Numbered from the stretch's first letter, positions 41,741 to 52,380 are shown. The stretch: DNA of 52,380 nt from Gammaproteobacteria bacterium (GCA_051275005.1 JBNMOP010000003.1:1-52380); one strand, 5' to 3'. Translations and numbers: made by a program. Notes: a model not told the origin generated them from the sequence alone.

Positions 41741-44286
41741 TTATTAATTGTAGAGTTCGTTTGTGTAATTGTTTGAATGCATTTAATTAACACAGATTTT
41801 TTTACAGGTTTACTCAAGTGCGCATTACAGCCCGCATCTATACATAATTCAACTTCTTCCTTGATAGCATGCGCTGTTAAGGCAATTATTGGAATTAAAA
41901 TTTCACCTTTTTGACTCTCCCACTCCCTAATTTTACGTGTTGCTTCCCGCCCATCCATAACCGGCATTTGTACATCCATTAATACCACGTCAAATTTACC
42001 GTTAATATACATAGACACAGCTTCTTCACCATTTTCAGCCTCATCCACTATATAGGGTAATTTTTTCAAATAGGCCTTTACCAATAACCTGTTATCAGGA
42101 TTATCATCCACTAACAAAATATGTAATGGCTTAATTTCGATATCATCCTTATCGACGATCGTTCCATTAAACGCATGATCCGTACCATACAAGACAGTAT
42201 CGACCAACCTGTATAATTCCATCATTTTTATAGGTTTGGTCAAAAATATCTGTTGATTTCCTGTCAAATCCAGATTTTTCTGATTTTTATTTAATGTAGC
42301 AGGATTCAACATCATAATAGCTGGCGTGGTATTTCTGACTTTTCTTAGCTGTCGTATTAAAGAGAAGCCGTCCTCGCCGGGCATCTCCGAATCAACTAGC
42401 AATAATTGAATCTTGCTGTGATTATTGTCCTGATCATTTAGTAACTGAAAGGCTATATCAATGTCATTTACGGATGAAGACTTCGCACCAACTGCAGATA
42501 AATACGACATAAGCACATCACAATAATGTTTATTATCATCGACAATTAATATTCCACCCGTCTCAGGCTTAACTACTAACTTAACATTATTTTTTTGCCC
42601 TTCTGTAGCAGGCATTATTATTCGTGAAATAAACTTACTTCCCTTGCCTAATTCACTTTCGGCCCAGATTTTACCACCCATCATTTCTACCAAACGCCTG
42701 GAAATTGTAAGACCCAATCCTGTACCACCATATTTTCTTGTAGTTGACGAATCTTCCTGGGAAAAACTTTCAAATATTTCTTCGAGCTTATTCTTAGAAA
42801 TGCCAGTACCTGTATCACTTACTGATAATTCAATTATGTTATTAGTGTCGACTACTTTAGATTTAACAGCAACAATGATTACACCTTCCTCAGTAAATTT
42901 GAGTGCATTACTTATAAGGTTTAGTAATATTTGTCTTAATCTAGTCGGATCACCCAACCTGAGAGGGAGAATATCAGGTTGAATATCGCATATAATCTCG
43001 ATAGATTTCTCAGCTGCTTTGAGTGCATAAATTTCTACTGATTCTTCAATTGTATCAATGAGATTAAACTCAATTTCTTCGAGAGATAGTTGATCAGCCT
43101 CTATTTTTGATAGATCAAGTATATCATTCACCAGGCTTAATAATGTATCACCGGCTTTTTTAAAGACTGCAACATATTTTTTTTGCTCAAAATCAAGCTT
43201 GGTTTCAGCCAATAAATCTGACATGCCAATTATTGCATTTAATGGCGTTCTTATTTCATGGCTCATGCTTGCAAGAAAAGAAGATTTCATTAATGAAGCA
43301 TCCAAAGCCTGATCTCTAGCCTTCGCCAGCTCTTTAGTCTGCGTAAAAACCTGATCTTCGATAACTGCATTTCTATCCCTTAGCTGTTGTTCCTGCTCAT
43401 TCTTTGATTTAACTAATGCTACCAACAATAAGGTAATACCCGCACCAATCAGCATGGAAATAAATAACATGGTTTTATCAAGTTCTTCCCATGGCACATT
43501 TTTGGACATTGTTACCCTGACTGAGTAAAAAGGAAATTGTGTAATTCCTTCCGCAACAAAACCTGTCGCTAACCAGGTTTTATCAACTACTTCTTCATTT
43601 TGATACAGCAAGCGTCTACCGCTAAGACTTGCGGAATCACTAAGTAACGTGACCGATAAATTTGTATCATTGATATTGTTACCAGCAAGCTGTCTTGTAT
43701 TAATCAATATCGCCACAAATCCAAATTTATCCTGCATTTGTGTCTGATAGGGTTGCGGCTCGACTGCGTGAAGTATCCAATAAGACCTCCAGTCATCACT
43801 GGTAAAATTAGAGCTCAGGGCAATAATTGAATCTGATTCAAATATAATATTTATAGCATTATCATAGGCATTATCACCTAACAATTCCTGTTCGGAAAAT
43901 ACAGCATCATTAGATCGGACACTTTGATAACGGACTGAATACGGTCTGTCTGAAGTATTACTTTGGTTTATACTCGTGACATAAACTACACTTTCAATAT
44001 ATGGGTGCAGACTTAGAATTGATGAAGTGATTGAGGAATATTGTTGTTGATCGAGATCTGGATTAACTGCCAGAAACGAAGATAGACTGTTGAGAGAATC
44101 ATTGGCTGTCTGTACATTTCTAGTGACTGAGTCTTTTGTTGAGTTTGATAAAAGTTCAAATTCACGTGACTTAGACTCTTTTGCATTATCCCACGTAATA
44201 AAAAACAGGACCAGAGAAAATGTTATACCTAATAATGTTGTGACGGCATAATATAACCAAGTTAATTTTGGTTTATCTAAACTCAT
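41737..44286 (-). CDS. Membrane hybrid sensor histidine kinase with two receiver domains
   Basis: Two TM helices flanking a periplasmic domain; [36 protein letters not shown]; REC motifs DSEMP and DVQMP. Confidence 0.95.
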   Translation of the reverse strand: MSLDKPKLTWLYYAVTTLLGITFSLVLFFITWDNAKESKSREFELLSNSTKDSVTRNVQTANDSLNSLSSFLAVNPDLDQQQYSSITSSILSLHPYIESVVYVTSINQSNTSDRPYSVRYQSVRSNDAVFSEQELLGDNAYDNAINIIFESDSIIALSSNFTSDDWRSYWILHAVEPQPYQTQMQDKFGFVAILINTRQLAGNNINDTNLSVTLLSDSASLSGRRLLYQNEEVVDKTWLATGFVAEGITQFPFYSVRVTMSKNVPWEELDKTMLFISMLIGAGITLLLVALVKSKNEQEQQLRDRNAVIEDQVFTQTKELAKARDQALDASLMKSSFLASMSHEIRTPLNAIIGMSDLLAETKLDFEQKKYVAVFKKAGDTLLSLVNDILDLSKIEADQLSLEEIEFNLIDTIEESVEIYALKAAEKSIEIICDIQPDILPLRLGDPTRLRQILLNLISNALKFTEEGVIIVAVKSKVVDTNNIIELSVSDTGTGISKNKLEEIFESFSQEDSSTTRKYGGTGLGLTISRRLVEMMGGKIWAESELGKGSKFISRIIMPATEGQKNNVKLVVKPETGGILIVDDNKHYCDVLMSYLSAVGAKSSSVNDIDIAFQLLNDQDNNHSKIQLLLVDSEMPGEDGFSLIRQLRKVRNTTPAIMMLNPATLNKNQKNLDLTGNQQIFLTKPIKMMELYRLVDTVLYGTDHAFNGTIVDKDDIEIKPLHILLVDDNPDNRLLVKAYLKKLPYIVDEAENGEEAVSMYINGKFDVVLMDVQMPVMDGREATRKIREWESQKGEILIPIIALTAHAIKEEVELCIDAGCNAHLSKPVKKSVLIKCIQTITQTNSTINN

Positions 44287-44301
44287 TTCAGAATACAGTA
44301 T

Positions 44302-44610
44302 TTATTCGTATATTATCTCTAGCTGGCCAAGATAATCTTCCATGTTCTTAATCAGCTCGTCTATTCCATTTGTGACACCAGATTTTGCCTTGCTCTCAAT
44401 CTCTGCACCAATTTCAGACAACCTATGAAAACCATAACCACCACCAACACCTTTTAGACTATGACCGATAGACTGCAATGTTTCGAGTTTAGCATTTATT
44501 AATGCCTCTTTAAGTGAGACAACGTCTTTATTTCTATTTACCAAAAAACCAGGTATTAGATCTTCAAGATCACTATCTATCGTAACGATAATTTTATCTA
44601 ATTCTGTCAT
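44302..44610 (-). CDS. Stand-alone Hpt phosphotransfer protein
   Basis: GHSLKGVGGGYGF. Confidence 0.9.
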   Translation of the reverse strand: MTELDKIIVTIDSDLEDLIPGFLVNRNKDVVSLKEALINAKLETLQSIGHSLKGVGGGYGFHRLSEIGAEIESKAKSGVTNGIDELIKNMEDYLGQLEIIYE

Positions 44611-44628
44611 ATGAATAACCTCTATGGT

Positions 44629-45999
44629 TTACTTAAACGATTCTGATTTTGCATCTTTCCTGAACTTCGATGGCTCTAAATTATGCTGGTTCAAAAGTTT
44701 ATAAAACTCTGTCCTGTTTCTACCTGCAATAGTGGCCGCATTGGCAACATGACCATTGGTGATCCTTAATATACTAATTAAATATTTTTCCTCAAATTCT
44801 TGCCTTGCCTTTTTCAAGGTCTGAATTTTCCCAGGCTTACTCTGCAACGCTTTTTTTATAAAGCTAAGAGGTATGATATCTGTTTTGCATAAGGTTGCAC
44901 ACAGATCAACCACATTCATTAATTGTCTGATATTTCCCGGCCATTCGACCGACAACAAGTACTGCATTGCATCCGGTGAAAATCTTTTATCCTCTTTTTT
45001 ATTTGCAGTGGCGTATAGATGTAAAAAATGTGCTGCGAGCAGTGGAATATCCTCTCTACGTTGAGACAATTTAGGAATAACGATAGGAACTACTTTCAAT
45101 CTATAATATAAATCTTCTCGAAATTCGCTATTTTCCACTTTTTTTTCAAGGTCATTATGGGTCGCAGAAATTATCCTGACATCAATAGGAAAGGATTTTG
45201 TTGATCCAACAGGTCTTACTTCAAAATCCTGTAAAACCCTAAGCAACTTTACCTGTAATGTCAGTGGCATATCACCAATCTCATCGAGGAACAATGTTCC
45301 GCCATTTGCTGCCTGGAATAGACCTTCATGTTTACTAATTGCCCCGCTGAACGCCCCTTTCTCATGCCCAAACAATTCAGATTCTAGTAACTGTTCAGGA
45401 ATCGCGCCACAATTTATAGCAATAAACGGATGGTTCTGGCGTGGACTAGCATCATGGATTGCCCTGGCAATTATTTCCTTACCTGTACCAGTTGCCCCTG
45501 TGATTAATACAGTTACATTGCTTTCAGCAACGGTATGTGACAATTCGAGCAGCTTTGCCATTACCTTACTCTGGAAGATGATATTTTTACTGAACGTATC
45601 CTTCGCGGCGGGATCAGAGGAAAGACGTAAATAACGTCTGACATTTGATAGTAGCTCAGTCTTGCCGATAGGCTTAGTCAGAAAGGCCGATGATCCCAGA
45701 TGGGTTGCCTTGACTGCGTCAGGAATTTTTGCCTGACCACTTAATAAAATTACCGGCAATAACGGATCTTCTCCGTGTATAGCAGCAAGCAAATCGAGTC
45801 CGCTCATACCTGTCATAATTAAATCGGTTATTACAAGTGAGGGATTCAAGTTGGATAATTTTTCAAGTGCCTGTTCACCCGAACTGGAAGTGATTACCTC
45901 AAAATCTGCCTCATTTAACCATATAGAAAGTAGATCAAGTATCTCTTGATCATCATCAACAATCAGTATCTTAGATTTTTTATTTTCATTAACTGGCAT
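44629..45999 (-). CDS. Sigma-54-dependent response regulator, GlrR/QseF-like
   Basis: REC + AAA+ (GATGTGKE, ESELFGHEKGAFSGA, LFLDEIGDMP, WPGNIRQL) + HTH ending AGRNRTEFYKLL, the GlrR-type tail. Confidence 0.88.
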   Translation of the reverse strand: MPVNENKKSKILIVDDDQEILDLLSIWLNEADFEVITSSSGEQALEKLSNLNPSLVITDLIMTGMSGLDLLAAIHGEDPLLPVILLSGQAKIPDAVKATHLGSSAFLTKPIGKTELLSNVRRYLRLSSDPAAKDTFSKNIIFQSKVMAKLLELSHTVAESNVTVLITGATGTGKEIIARAIHDASPRQNHPFIAINCGAIPEQLLESELFGHEKGAFSGAISKHEGLFQAANGGTLFLDEIGDMPLTLQVKLLRVLQDFEVRPVGSTKSFPIDVRIISATHNDLEKKVENSEFREDLYYRLKVVPIVIPKLSQRREDIPLLAAHFLHLYATANKKEDKRFSPDAMQYLLSVEWPGNIRQLMNVVDLCATLCKTDIIPLSFIKKALQSKPGKIQTLKKARQEFEEKYLISILRITNGHVANAATIAGRNRTEFYKLLNQHNLEPSKFRKDAKSESFK

Positions 46000-46006
46000 C
46001 TGCTAC

Positions 46007-47836
46007 TTACTCAACAGTGACTGACTTTGCAAGATTTCTTGGTTTATCTACGTCGGTACCCTTAACTAAAGCCACATGATATGCAAGTAACTGGAATGGT
46101 ACACTGTATACAATAGGAGTCAGGTCGGAATGAACACGAGGTAATTTCAGATATTGACTATCCTCGTTTCCGTCCATTGAAACCCTCTCATCTGCAAAAG
46201 TAATTAATTGTCCACCTCTCGCTTTAACTTCTTCCAGATTGGATTTCAGCTTTTGTAATAACGCATCATTTGGTGCAACACTCACTACCGGCATTTTCTC
46301 ATCGACCAGGGCAAGTGGTCCATGTTTAAGTTCACCGGCCGGATATGCCTCTGCATGTATATAGGAAATTTCTTTCAACTTAAGTGCACCTTCAAGCGCT
46401 ACGGGATAATGTATGCCACGTCCCAGAAACAAAGCATGGTGTTTGTCAGCAAAAAGAGTAGCGATGTCAATAATCTTATCTTCCAGTTTCAGCACCTCTT
46501 CTACTTTTGATGACAGTTCACGTAATCCTGATACACCATCTGCTTCACGCTCGGCAGTTAGTCCATTATATTTCGCAAGCGCCAAGCAGAACCAGTATAA
46601 CGCAGTCAACTGTGTGGTGAAGGCCTTGGTCGACGCGACACCGATTTCTGGTCCCGCATTCGTCATTAACCGAAGTGTAGAGTCACGCACCAAAGAACTA
46701 CCAGGAACATTACATAATGCTAGCGTCCCAAGGTATCCAGCATCTTTAGCGAAAGACAATGCAGCCAAAGTGTCGGCGGTTTCACCAGACTGAGAGATAG
46801 CTATAAACAGCGTATTCTCCTGTACCAAAACTTTTCTGTACCTATATTCACTCGCTACATCAACGGCACATGGAATGCCGGCAATTTCTTCAAACCAATA
46901 ACGAGCTATCAACCCAGCATGGTAGCTAGTTCCGCAGGCTACAATCTGCAACTGTTTTACATTTGCTAGCAAGGAATTAGCCTCCGGGCCCAATGCCTCA
47001 GGCAATACGTTATTTACGCCAAGTTTTCCAGCCAGAGTATCTATAATGGCACGTGGTTGTTCATATATTTCCTTGTGCATAAAATGACGATGGCCATCGG
47101 TGTCTGCGGTAAAATTTGCGTACTCATATCGTTGAATATTCGCCGTTGCAACGTTACCCTTTGAGTCCAATATTTTGACGCCATTAACATTAATTATTCC
47201 GTGCTCTCCGTCTTGCAGATAGATGAATTGGTCAGTTACTTGCAATATTGCAAGTGGATCCGATGCAATATAGTTTTCACTCTTTCCAACGCCTATAACT
47301 AATGGACTGCCTTTTCTTGCAAAATATACAGAATCAGGGTCAGCACTGAAAATAACGCCCAAGGCGTAGGACCCTTCTAATTCATTGAGTACCTTTTGAA
47401 ATGCCAACAGTATTTCCTGACTATCATTGATATAGAAATGTAAAAGGTGTGCTATGACTTCGGTATCGGTATCCGAATTAAATTCATACCCCGCATCCTC
47501 CAATCGTTTACGCAAGGACTGATGATTTTCAACAATTCCATTATGAACAACAGCGACACAATCATTTGATACATGTGGATGAGCGTTATTTTCAGTAGGA
47601 CGACCATGAGTGGCCCACCGGGTATGTGCAATGCCAAGCGTTCCAGATATTGTCTGTGCATTGAGCATGTTAGATAGATCAGATACTCTTCCAGCTGTCC
47701 GTAGCCGCTTTATCGAATGGTCATGCATGAGAGCAACCCCCGCCGAATCATAACCCCTGTATTCAAGGCGAGACAATCCTTCTACTAGAATCGGGGTTAT
47801 ATCGCGCATTGCAGCACCACCTACAATTCCACACAT
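46007..47836 (-). CDS. glmS: Glutamine--fructose-6-phosphate transaminase (isomerizing)
   Basis: MCGIVG, LEYRGYDSAG, HTRWATHG, SQSGETAD, VASTKAF, PRNLAKSVTVE. Confidence 0.98.
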   Translation of the reverse strand: MCGIVGGAAMRDITPILVEGLSRLEYRGYDSAGVALMHDHSIKRLRTAGRVSDLSNMLNAQTISGTLGIAHTRWATHGRPTENNAHPHVSNDCVAVVHNGIVENHQSLRKRLEDAGYEFNSDTDTEVIAHLLHFYINDSQEILLAFQKVLNELEGSYALGVIFSADPDSVYFARKGSPLVIGVGKSENYIASDPLAILQVTDQFIYLQDGEHGIINVNGVKILDSKGNVATANIQRYEYANFTADTDGHRHFMHKEIYEQPRAIIDTLAGKLGVNNVLPEALGPEANSLLANVKQLQIVACGTSYHAGLIARYWFEEIAGIPCAVDVASEYRYRKVLVQENTLFIAISQSGETADTLAALSFAKDAGYLGTLALCNVPGSSLVRDSTLRLMTNAGPEIGVASTKAFTTQLTALYWFCLALAKYNGLTAEREADGVSGLRELSSKVEEVLKLEDKIIDIATLFADKHHALFLGRGIHYPVALEGALKLKEISYIHAEAYPAGELKHGPLALVDEKMPVVSVAPNDALLQKLKSNLEEVKARGGQLITFADERVSMDGNEDSQYLKLPRVHSDLTPIVYSVPFQLLAYHVALVKGTDVDKPRNLAKSVTVE

Positions 47837-48111
47837 AAAAGAATCGTTCCTTATATTTTGTGTCTAACCAGTTACCAGATTGAAATTAACGATTGATTAA
47901 AATTTTTCACGCAAAAATTTATTGCTGTACGCTTTCAACCGACCCAACCCAATCCCATATTATATGATTATATTCTGAATTTTTAATTTTAATTGTAACT
48001 AACTAATATATATTAAAAATTTGACGTGACTATGTACAGAATATATAGCGGCAAGTTAATGAGAAAAGATATTAATCTTTATTTTTCTTAAAATTATTGT
48101 GCAGTTTTTAT

Positions 48112-49392
48112 TTAAAACCTTAATAACTTTATCCCTGATGGAATCTGTTTTCTATCCAGAACTCCCTGTACATCAAAAACAATCCCCTCGCCCGCTTTAA
48201 GAAGATTTTGTATAAAAGTCCAACCCTGTTGACTAAACTCAGAGTGTGCGACAGCGAGTATCACTGCATCAGATTCTTTTACTTCATCTCTGTCAACGAG
48301 AGTAATGCCATAATGCTGTAATGTACTCTTTGGATCAGCAACGGGGTCATGCACCTGAACGGTTACACCAAAATCTTTTAAATAAGACACGATATCTATC
48401 ACCCGGGTATTGCGGGTATCTGGTACGTTTTCCTTGAATGTAAAACCAAGAACCGTGACCACTATATTTTTAAAGGATCCCCCACCTCTAGCCAGTTCAC
48501 GAATAATTTTCGACGCGACGAAATCACCCATACCGTCATTGATACGTCTGCCAGATAAAATTACCTGAGCACTGTAACCAAGAATCTCGGCCTTGTGAGT
48601 TAAGTAATAAGGATCCACACCAATGCAATGACCGCCAACCAACCCCGGACGGAAAGATAGAAAATTCCATTTTGTTGCCGCCGCGGCAATGACATCACCG
48701 GTATCAATATCCATCCGATCAAATATCAACGCCAGTTCATTAAACAGGGAGATATTGATATCACGTTGAGTATTTTCAATTACTTTTGCGGCTTCAGCCA
48801 CCTTGATGGACGGGGCTTTATGGATACCCGCTATCACTACTGAACCGTATACCTGTGCAACAATTTCCAGAATTTCGGGTTGCTGTGCAGATACCACCTT
48901 GGTGATTTTGGTAAAGGTATGTTCTTTATCTCCAGGATTGATTCGTTCTGGGGAATAACCGACATAAAAGTCCTTTCCTGCAACAAGCCCTGATTTCTCC
49001 TCAAGTGTGGGGAGACAGACTTCTTCTGTGGCGCCGGGATATACTGTTGATTCATAAACCACAATATCCCCCGTTTTTAGTATCGCACCGACTATCTCAC
49101 TGGCGCTGATCATGGGCGACAAATCCGGCTTCTTAGCTTCATCAATGGGCGTGGGAACCGCGATGATATGAAAATCTGCCTGTCTGAGGTCATCTGGCTC
49201 GGATGTAAATTTAATTTGTGACCCTTCCAATGTCTGCCGGTCAACTTCACCCGTACTATCCTGGCCTTGCTCAAGTTCAGCAATACGCGATTTATTGATA
49301 TCAAAACCAACGACGCGGCCAATGGTAGAAAATGCCACGGCAGCAGGAAGTCCCACATATCCAAGCCCCACTACAGAAATTTTTCTATCCAT
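48112..49392 (-). CDS. UDP-N-acetylhexosamine 6-dehydrogenase (TviB/WbpO-like)
   Basis: GLGYVGLP, YESTVYPGATEE, SPERINPGD, AKVIENTQRD, GGHCIGVDPYYL. Confidence 0.92.
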   Translation of the reverse strand: MDRKISVVGLGYVGLPAAVAFSTIGRVVGFDINKSRIAELEQGQDSTGEVDRQTLEGSQIKFTSEPDDLRQADFHIIAVPTPIDEAKKPDLSPMISASEIVGAILKTGDIVVYESTVYPGATEEVCLPTLEEKSGLVAGKDFYVGYSPERINPGDKEHTFTKITKVVSAQQPEILEIVAQVYGSVVIAGIHKAPSIKVAEAAKVIENTQRDINISLFNELALIFDRMDIDTGDVIAAAATKWNFLSFRPGLVGGHCIGVDPYYLTHKAEILGYSAQVILSGRRINDGMGDFVASKIIRELARGGGSFKNIVVTVLGFTFKENVPDTRNTRVIDIVSYLKDFGVTVQVHDPVADPKSTLQHYGITLVDRDEVKESDAVILAVAHSEFSQQGWTFIQNLLKAGEGIVFDVQGVLDRKQIPSGIKLLRF

Positions 49393-49397
49393 GTTCT

Positions 49398-50408
49398 TTA
49401 TTTCTCAGCATAGTAATCCTGATACCACTCAATAAAATGTTTTATCCCTGTCTCGATCGTGGTGTTGGGTGAAAAATTAACATCCCGTATCAAGTCATCC
49501 ACATCCGCAAATGTCGCAGGCACGTCACCTGGCTGCATGGGTAAAAAGTTTTTTATCGCCTTTCTCCCCAAACAATTCTCAATGATCTCAATAAAATGCA
49601 TTAATGGCACAGGTTCATGGTTACCAATATTGTATAGACGATAAGGCGCCAGGCTACTGGCTGGGTCAGGCACATCACCCGACCATTGCTGATTCGGTTC
49701 GGCAATTTTATCGAGCACATGAACAACCCCTGAAACAATGTCATTGATATAGGTAAAATCACGACTATGGTGCCCCTCATTGAAGATATCGATCGGTTCT
49801 CCAGCCAATATTTTTTGGGTAAAGATAAATAATGCCATGTCTGGTCTGCCCCACGGACCGTATACAGTAAAGAATCTGAGCCCGGTTGTTGGCAGATTAT
49901 AGAGGTGGCTATAGGAATGGGCCATCAACTCATTTGATTTTTTGGTTGCACCATATAATGAATAAGGATGGTCAACATTACTATGAACTGAAAAAGGCAT
50001 ATTGGTATTCCCGCCATAGACAGAGCTAGACGATGCGTAAACCAGGTGCTCAACCAGGTGATGCCTGCACCCTTCAAGTATATTAAGAAAACCCGTCACG
50101 TTTGAATCAATGTAGGCGTGAGGGTCAGTTATGGAATAGCGCACACCCGCCTGGGCAGCCAGATGCACCACCCGTTGCGGTCTTTCATCGCGAAATAGCG
50201 CGTCACAACCCTCTCGGTCCGCGATATCCAATTTTACGAATTTAAAATTATCCTCACCTTCAATCTCTGCCAGACGGTCCATTTTTAGTTTAACATCGTA
50301 ATAATCATTCAGATTATCAATACCAATGACATTATCCCCTCGTTTCAGTAGCGCCTTTGCCACTGTTGACCCAATAAATCCCGCGACCCCTGTTACTAAT
50401 ATCTTCAT
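49398..50408 (-). CDS. NAD-dependent epimerase (UDP-glucuronate 4-epimerase / CapI-like)
   Basis: [40 protein letters not shown]. Confidence 0.92.
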   Translation of the reverse strand: MKILVTGVAGFIGSTVAKALLKRGDNVIGIDNLNDYYDVKLKMDRLAEIEGEDNFKFVKLDIADREGCDALFRDERPQRVVHLAAQAGVRYSITDPHAYIDSNVTGFLNILEGCRHHLVEHLVYASSSSVYGGNTNMPFSVHSNVDHPYSLYGATKKSNELMAHSYSHLYNLPTTGLRFFTVYGPWGRPDMALFIFTQKILAGEPIDIFNEGHHSRDFTYINDIVSGVVHVLDKIAEPNQQWSGDVPDPASSLAPYRLYNIGNHEPVPLMHFIEIIENCLGRKAIKNFLPMQPGDVPATFADVDDLIRDVNFSPNTTIETGIKHFIEWYQDYYAEK

Positions 50409-50812
50409 AGTTTTGAAATTTCAGAAAGTTAACTTGTTCTATTTAAGTTTGATTTAATAATGCTATAGATGGAAATCCTATCATATAGGATGCATAGCAA
50501 ATAGTAGTGGGAATTATAAAGAATGTGGCTATAAAAAGTTTGGATAATTGAGGGCATTCATCACAGATGAGTGCAAATTCATTTTGCTGGATATTCTTAC
50601 AGGTTATGTCAATAACAAAAGGTACCGATTTAAATATTTATGCTCTGCTTCCTGGTTATACGTGGTTGTTTTAAACAATATATTCCTTCTTAATTGTTAT
50701 TGAAGAAAAATTTCCTGAGGATCTGGCTATCTTAGAGAAAATAGTACGGAATAGTGTTTCATGTTTCTACTAGAGGATGACGTCAAATATTCTACAAAAA
50801 TCTCAATGTCAA

Positions 50813-50859
50813 AATAAAACAGGGTTGACGGAGGATACATCCGTCAACCCTGTTTTATT
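50813..50859 (-). terminator. Intrinsic terminator after the PEP-CTERM gene
   Basis: Perfect 20-bp inverted repeat AATAAAACAGGGTTGACGGA / TCCGTCAACCCTGTTTTATT with a 7-nt loop and T-rich tails on both strands, 34 nt past the stop codon. Confidence 0.9.
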
Positions 50860-50893
50860 AAGTTAATTTCAGTTTTAGTGCAGTTTCTACAAT

Positions 50894-51625
50894 CTATGCA
50901 CCTTTGCGTTTCGAGCTTAAGAAGACCGCCAACAGACCCATACCCATTAAGGCAAGCGGTGCAGGCTCTGGAACATTGGTTTGAGCATCATGAGATAATG
51001 GTGCTTTAGAAACAAGAGTTCCATCAGCTGATGAAATTTCATAAAGGTCAAAGTGCAAGCCAAAATTATCGTTAAGCCCTGAAGCATCGAAACCAAATGT
51101 AACAAAATAGAGGCCACCAAGGGGATCTAAATTTAAGAGAGGATCGCTCCCTGTAACACTTTGGGTATCGATAGCGTCACGGGTCTGACCCTCATCAAAA
51201 ACGAATGCAACTTCTGTATAAAGTGTAGGAAACACACCATGATTTGGCAGCTCCGCGTCTGGATGTGCTGTTCCAAAGACCAAATCGCCATTTTGGTATG
51301 TCGTCGTACCAAACTCAAATGATCCGAAATCGGTGAGTAAGGCTATATCGTCTCCTTCGTTATTATCATATTTAAACAGGGAAACACTAACAAAGAAATT
51401 ATTATCAGTATTTATCGTATCACCACTACCATTATCGTTTTGCCCATATGCTACCAAGGTACCTGAATCACCCTCAGAAAGTATTGTTTCACTCTCAGCG
51501 ACACTGTAAGTACCACCAATGATATCTAACTGCAGAGAGGGAAAAGCATGAACATTTGCCGTTAACAGGGCAAGTAACGCGCCTCCCATAAAAGTTGCTA
51601 CTAATTTTTTATTTATCTTAACCAT
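50894..51625 (-). CDS. PEP-CTERM sorting-domain surface protein (resembles choice-of-anchor N family)
   Basis: Signal peptide; acidic body with PSLQLDI, HGVFPT, LHFDLY, SHDA; C-terminal VPEP + TM helix + basic tail (KRK). Confidence 0.9.
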   Translation of the reverse strand: MVKINKKLVATFMGGALLALLTANVHAFPSLQLDIIGGTYSVAESETILSEGDSGTLVAYGQNDNGSGDTINTDNNFFVSVSLFKYDNNEGDDIALLTDFGSFEFGTTTYQNGDLVFGTAHPDAELPNHGVFPTLYTEVAFVFDEGQTRDAIDTQSVTGSDPLLNLDPLGGLYFVTFGFDASGLNDNFGLHFDLYEISSADGTLVSKAPLSHDAQTNVPEPAPLALMGMGLLAVFLSSKRKGA

Positions 51626-51675
51626 TTACGTATCCTCACATTCATGAACTAATTTAGTTCTCCTGCTTAAATATA

Positions 51676-51692
51676 AGCAATACTCGTGCCAA
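51676..51692 (-). promoter_or_regulatory. Sigma-54 (-24/-12) promoter of the PEP-CTERM gene
   Basis: Minus strand TTGGCACGAGTATTGCT matches TGGCACG-N4-TTGC, about 50 nt upstream of the start codon. Confidence 0.88.
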
Positions 51693-51876
51693 AATAATTA
51701 ATTCAATAAATACAACGAGTTAAATAAAACCACATCGATAAAGTTTAAATTAGTGTAAGAAAACAGACGACATAATCGGTTAATCACAACATTAGGCAGC
51801 AGCATAAAGTAATAAAATATCTATAAATTCAATAAGTTAAACAATAATTACTTGCTATTATATGCTAATCAAGATT

Positions 51877-51893
51877 TGTAAAGATTACCGACA
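51877..51893. promoter_or_regulatory. PEP-CTERM-box-like enhancer (TGT-N11-ACA)
   Basis: TGTAAAGATTACCGACA upstream of the sigma-54 promoter; a degenerate copy at 51754-51772; IHF-like sites at 51710-51722 and 51827-51839. Confidence 0.7.
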
Positions 51894-52027
51894 TCTTCGT
51901 CAACGAAAGGCTTACCACACGCAATCACATACCGACAAATCACAATAATAGTTAACCTTCATCTCTTTCTTATGAATTACTAAATAGAAGAATATTTGTC
52001 GGGTATACATCACGTTTGGTACTTAGT

Positions 52028-52378
52028 TTAAGGTATTTCCTTGAATTCCTCATTAGAAAACTGGCTTTCAAGGCCCACATTACCAATCGCAGTGATCTCG
52101 AAAAAACGTGGCCCCGATGTAAATCCCACGGTCCATTCTGTCGCGGTCGCATCGGTTATATCAATAACCTCTGCCCGGCTTCCGGATGTAGGGCCGTGAT
52201 ACACCTTGAATGCTTCAAGTACTAATCCCGACCCATCTTCGGTGAGCGTCGGCGCGGTCCAGGTAAGCCGGGCGGCTTTTACGGGCAGTAGTTTGATGTC
52301 AATACTGGAAGAACCTGCAAGACCATTGCAATTGACCTTAACATCAAACACATCGGACGCCACGTTGTCGCCAGGGGA
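52028..52378 (-). CDS. C-terminal part of an extracellular protein ending in a fibronectin type III-like domain (5' end outside window)
   Basis: LTWTAPT..EDGS.L....KVYHG, FFEITA...GLESQFSN; frame is open to the window edge. Confidence 0.75.
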   Translation of the reverse strand, partial: SPGDNVASDVFDVKVNCNGLAGSSSIDIKLLPVKAARLTWTAPTLTEDGSGLVLEAFKVYHGPTSGSRAEVIDITDATATEWTVGFTSGPRFFEITAIGNVGLESQFSNEEFKEIP

Positions 52379-52380
52379 TA

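Noticed and set aside
47837-48111. glmS ribozyme or sigma-54 promoter upstream of glmS
   Set aside because: AT-rich, with no ribozyme core and no GG-N10-GC element in TGGCAC/TTGC context seen.
50813-50859. 20-bp inverted repeat as a MITE/REP or IS end
   Set aside because: Single copy seen, no transposase or target duplication; position and T-tails fit a terminator.
1-52380. CRISPR arrays, tRNA/rRNA genes, integrases, transposases, defence systems
   Set aside because: No periodic repeats, cloverleafs or recombinase/nuclease motifs were recognised by eye; tRNAscan, cmscan and DefenseFinder would confirm.

Overview
AT-rich chromosomal window from a gammaproteobacterium (no rRNA, tRNA, CRISPR or transposase seen). 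Bases 1-24.5 kb are mostly core genes: serS-crcB-rarA-lolA-ftsK, a DUF482-aat-ate/bpt-infA run, kdsB-ycaR-lpxK-exbD-exbB-comEC, a single Lol permease with lolD, tsaB and gcvTHP. Bases 24.5-34 kb form a poorly explained accessory block: asnS; a 561-aa hypothetical protein with GNAT-like motifs; a non-canonical Ddl-like ATP-grasp ligase coupled to a HExxH zinc peptidase; a glycosyltransferase / nucleoside-phosphorylase-like / spore-photoproduct-lyase-like radical SAM operon; and a diguanylate cyclase. Bases 34.8-38.8 kb hold a TPP-riboswitch thiamine uptake operon. It converges on what looks like a decayed thiC locus, with a degenerate TPP riboswitch, an intact SD hairpin and an ORF with a ThiC-like N-terminus. 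Next come pcm-rhodanese-tolC, a glmS / GlrR-like activator / Hpt / hybrid kinase operon, two nucleotide-sugar genes and a sigma-54-driven PEP-CTERM gene. The best candidates for undescribed systems are the GNAT-like/ATP-grasp/peptidase trio beside asnS and the GT2/phosphorylase/radical SAM operon. All family calls come from motif recognition by eye; no database was searched.
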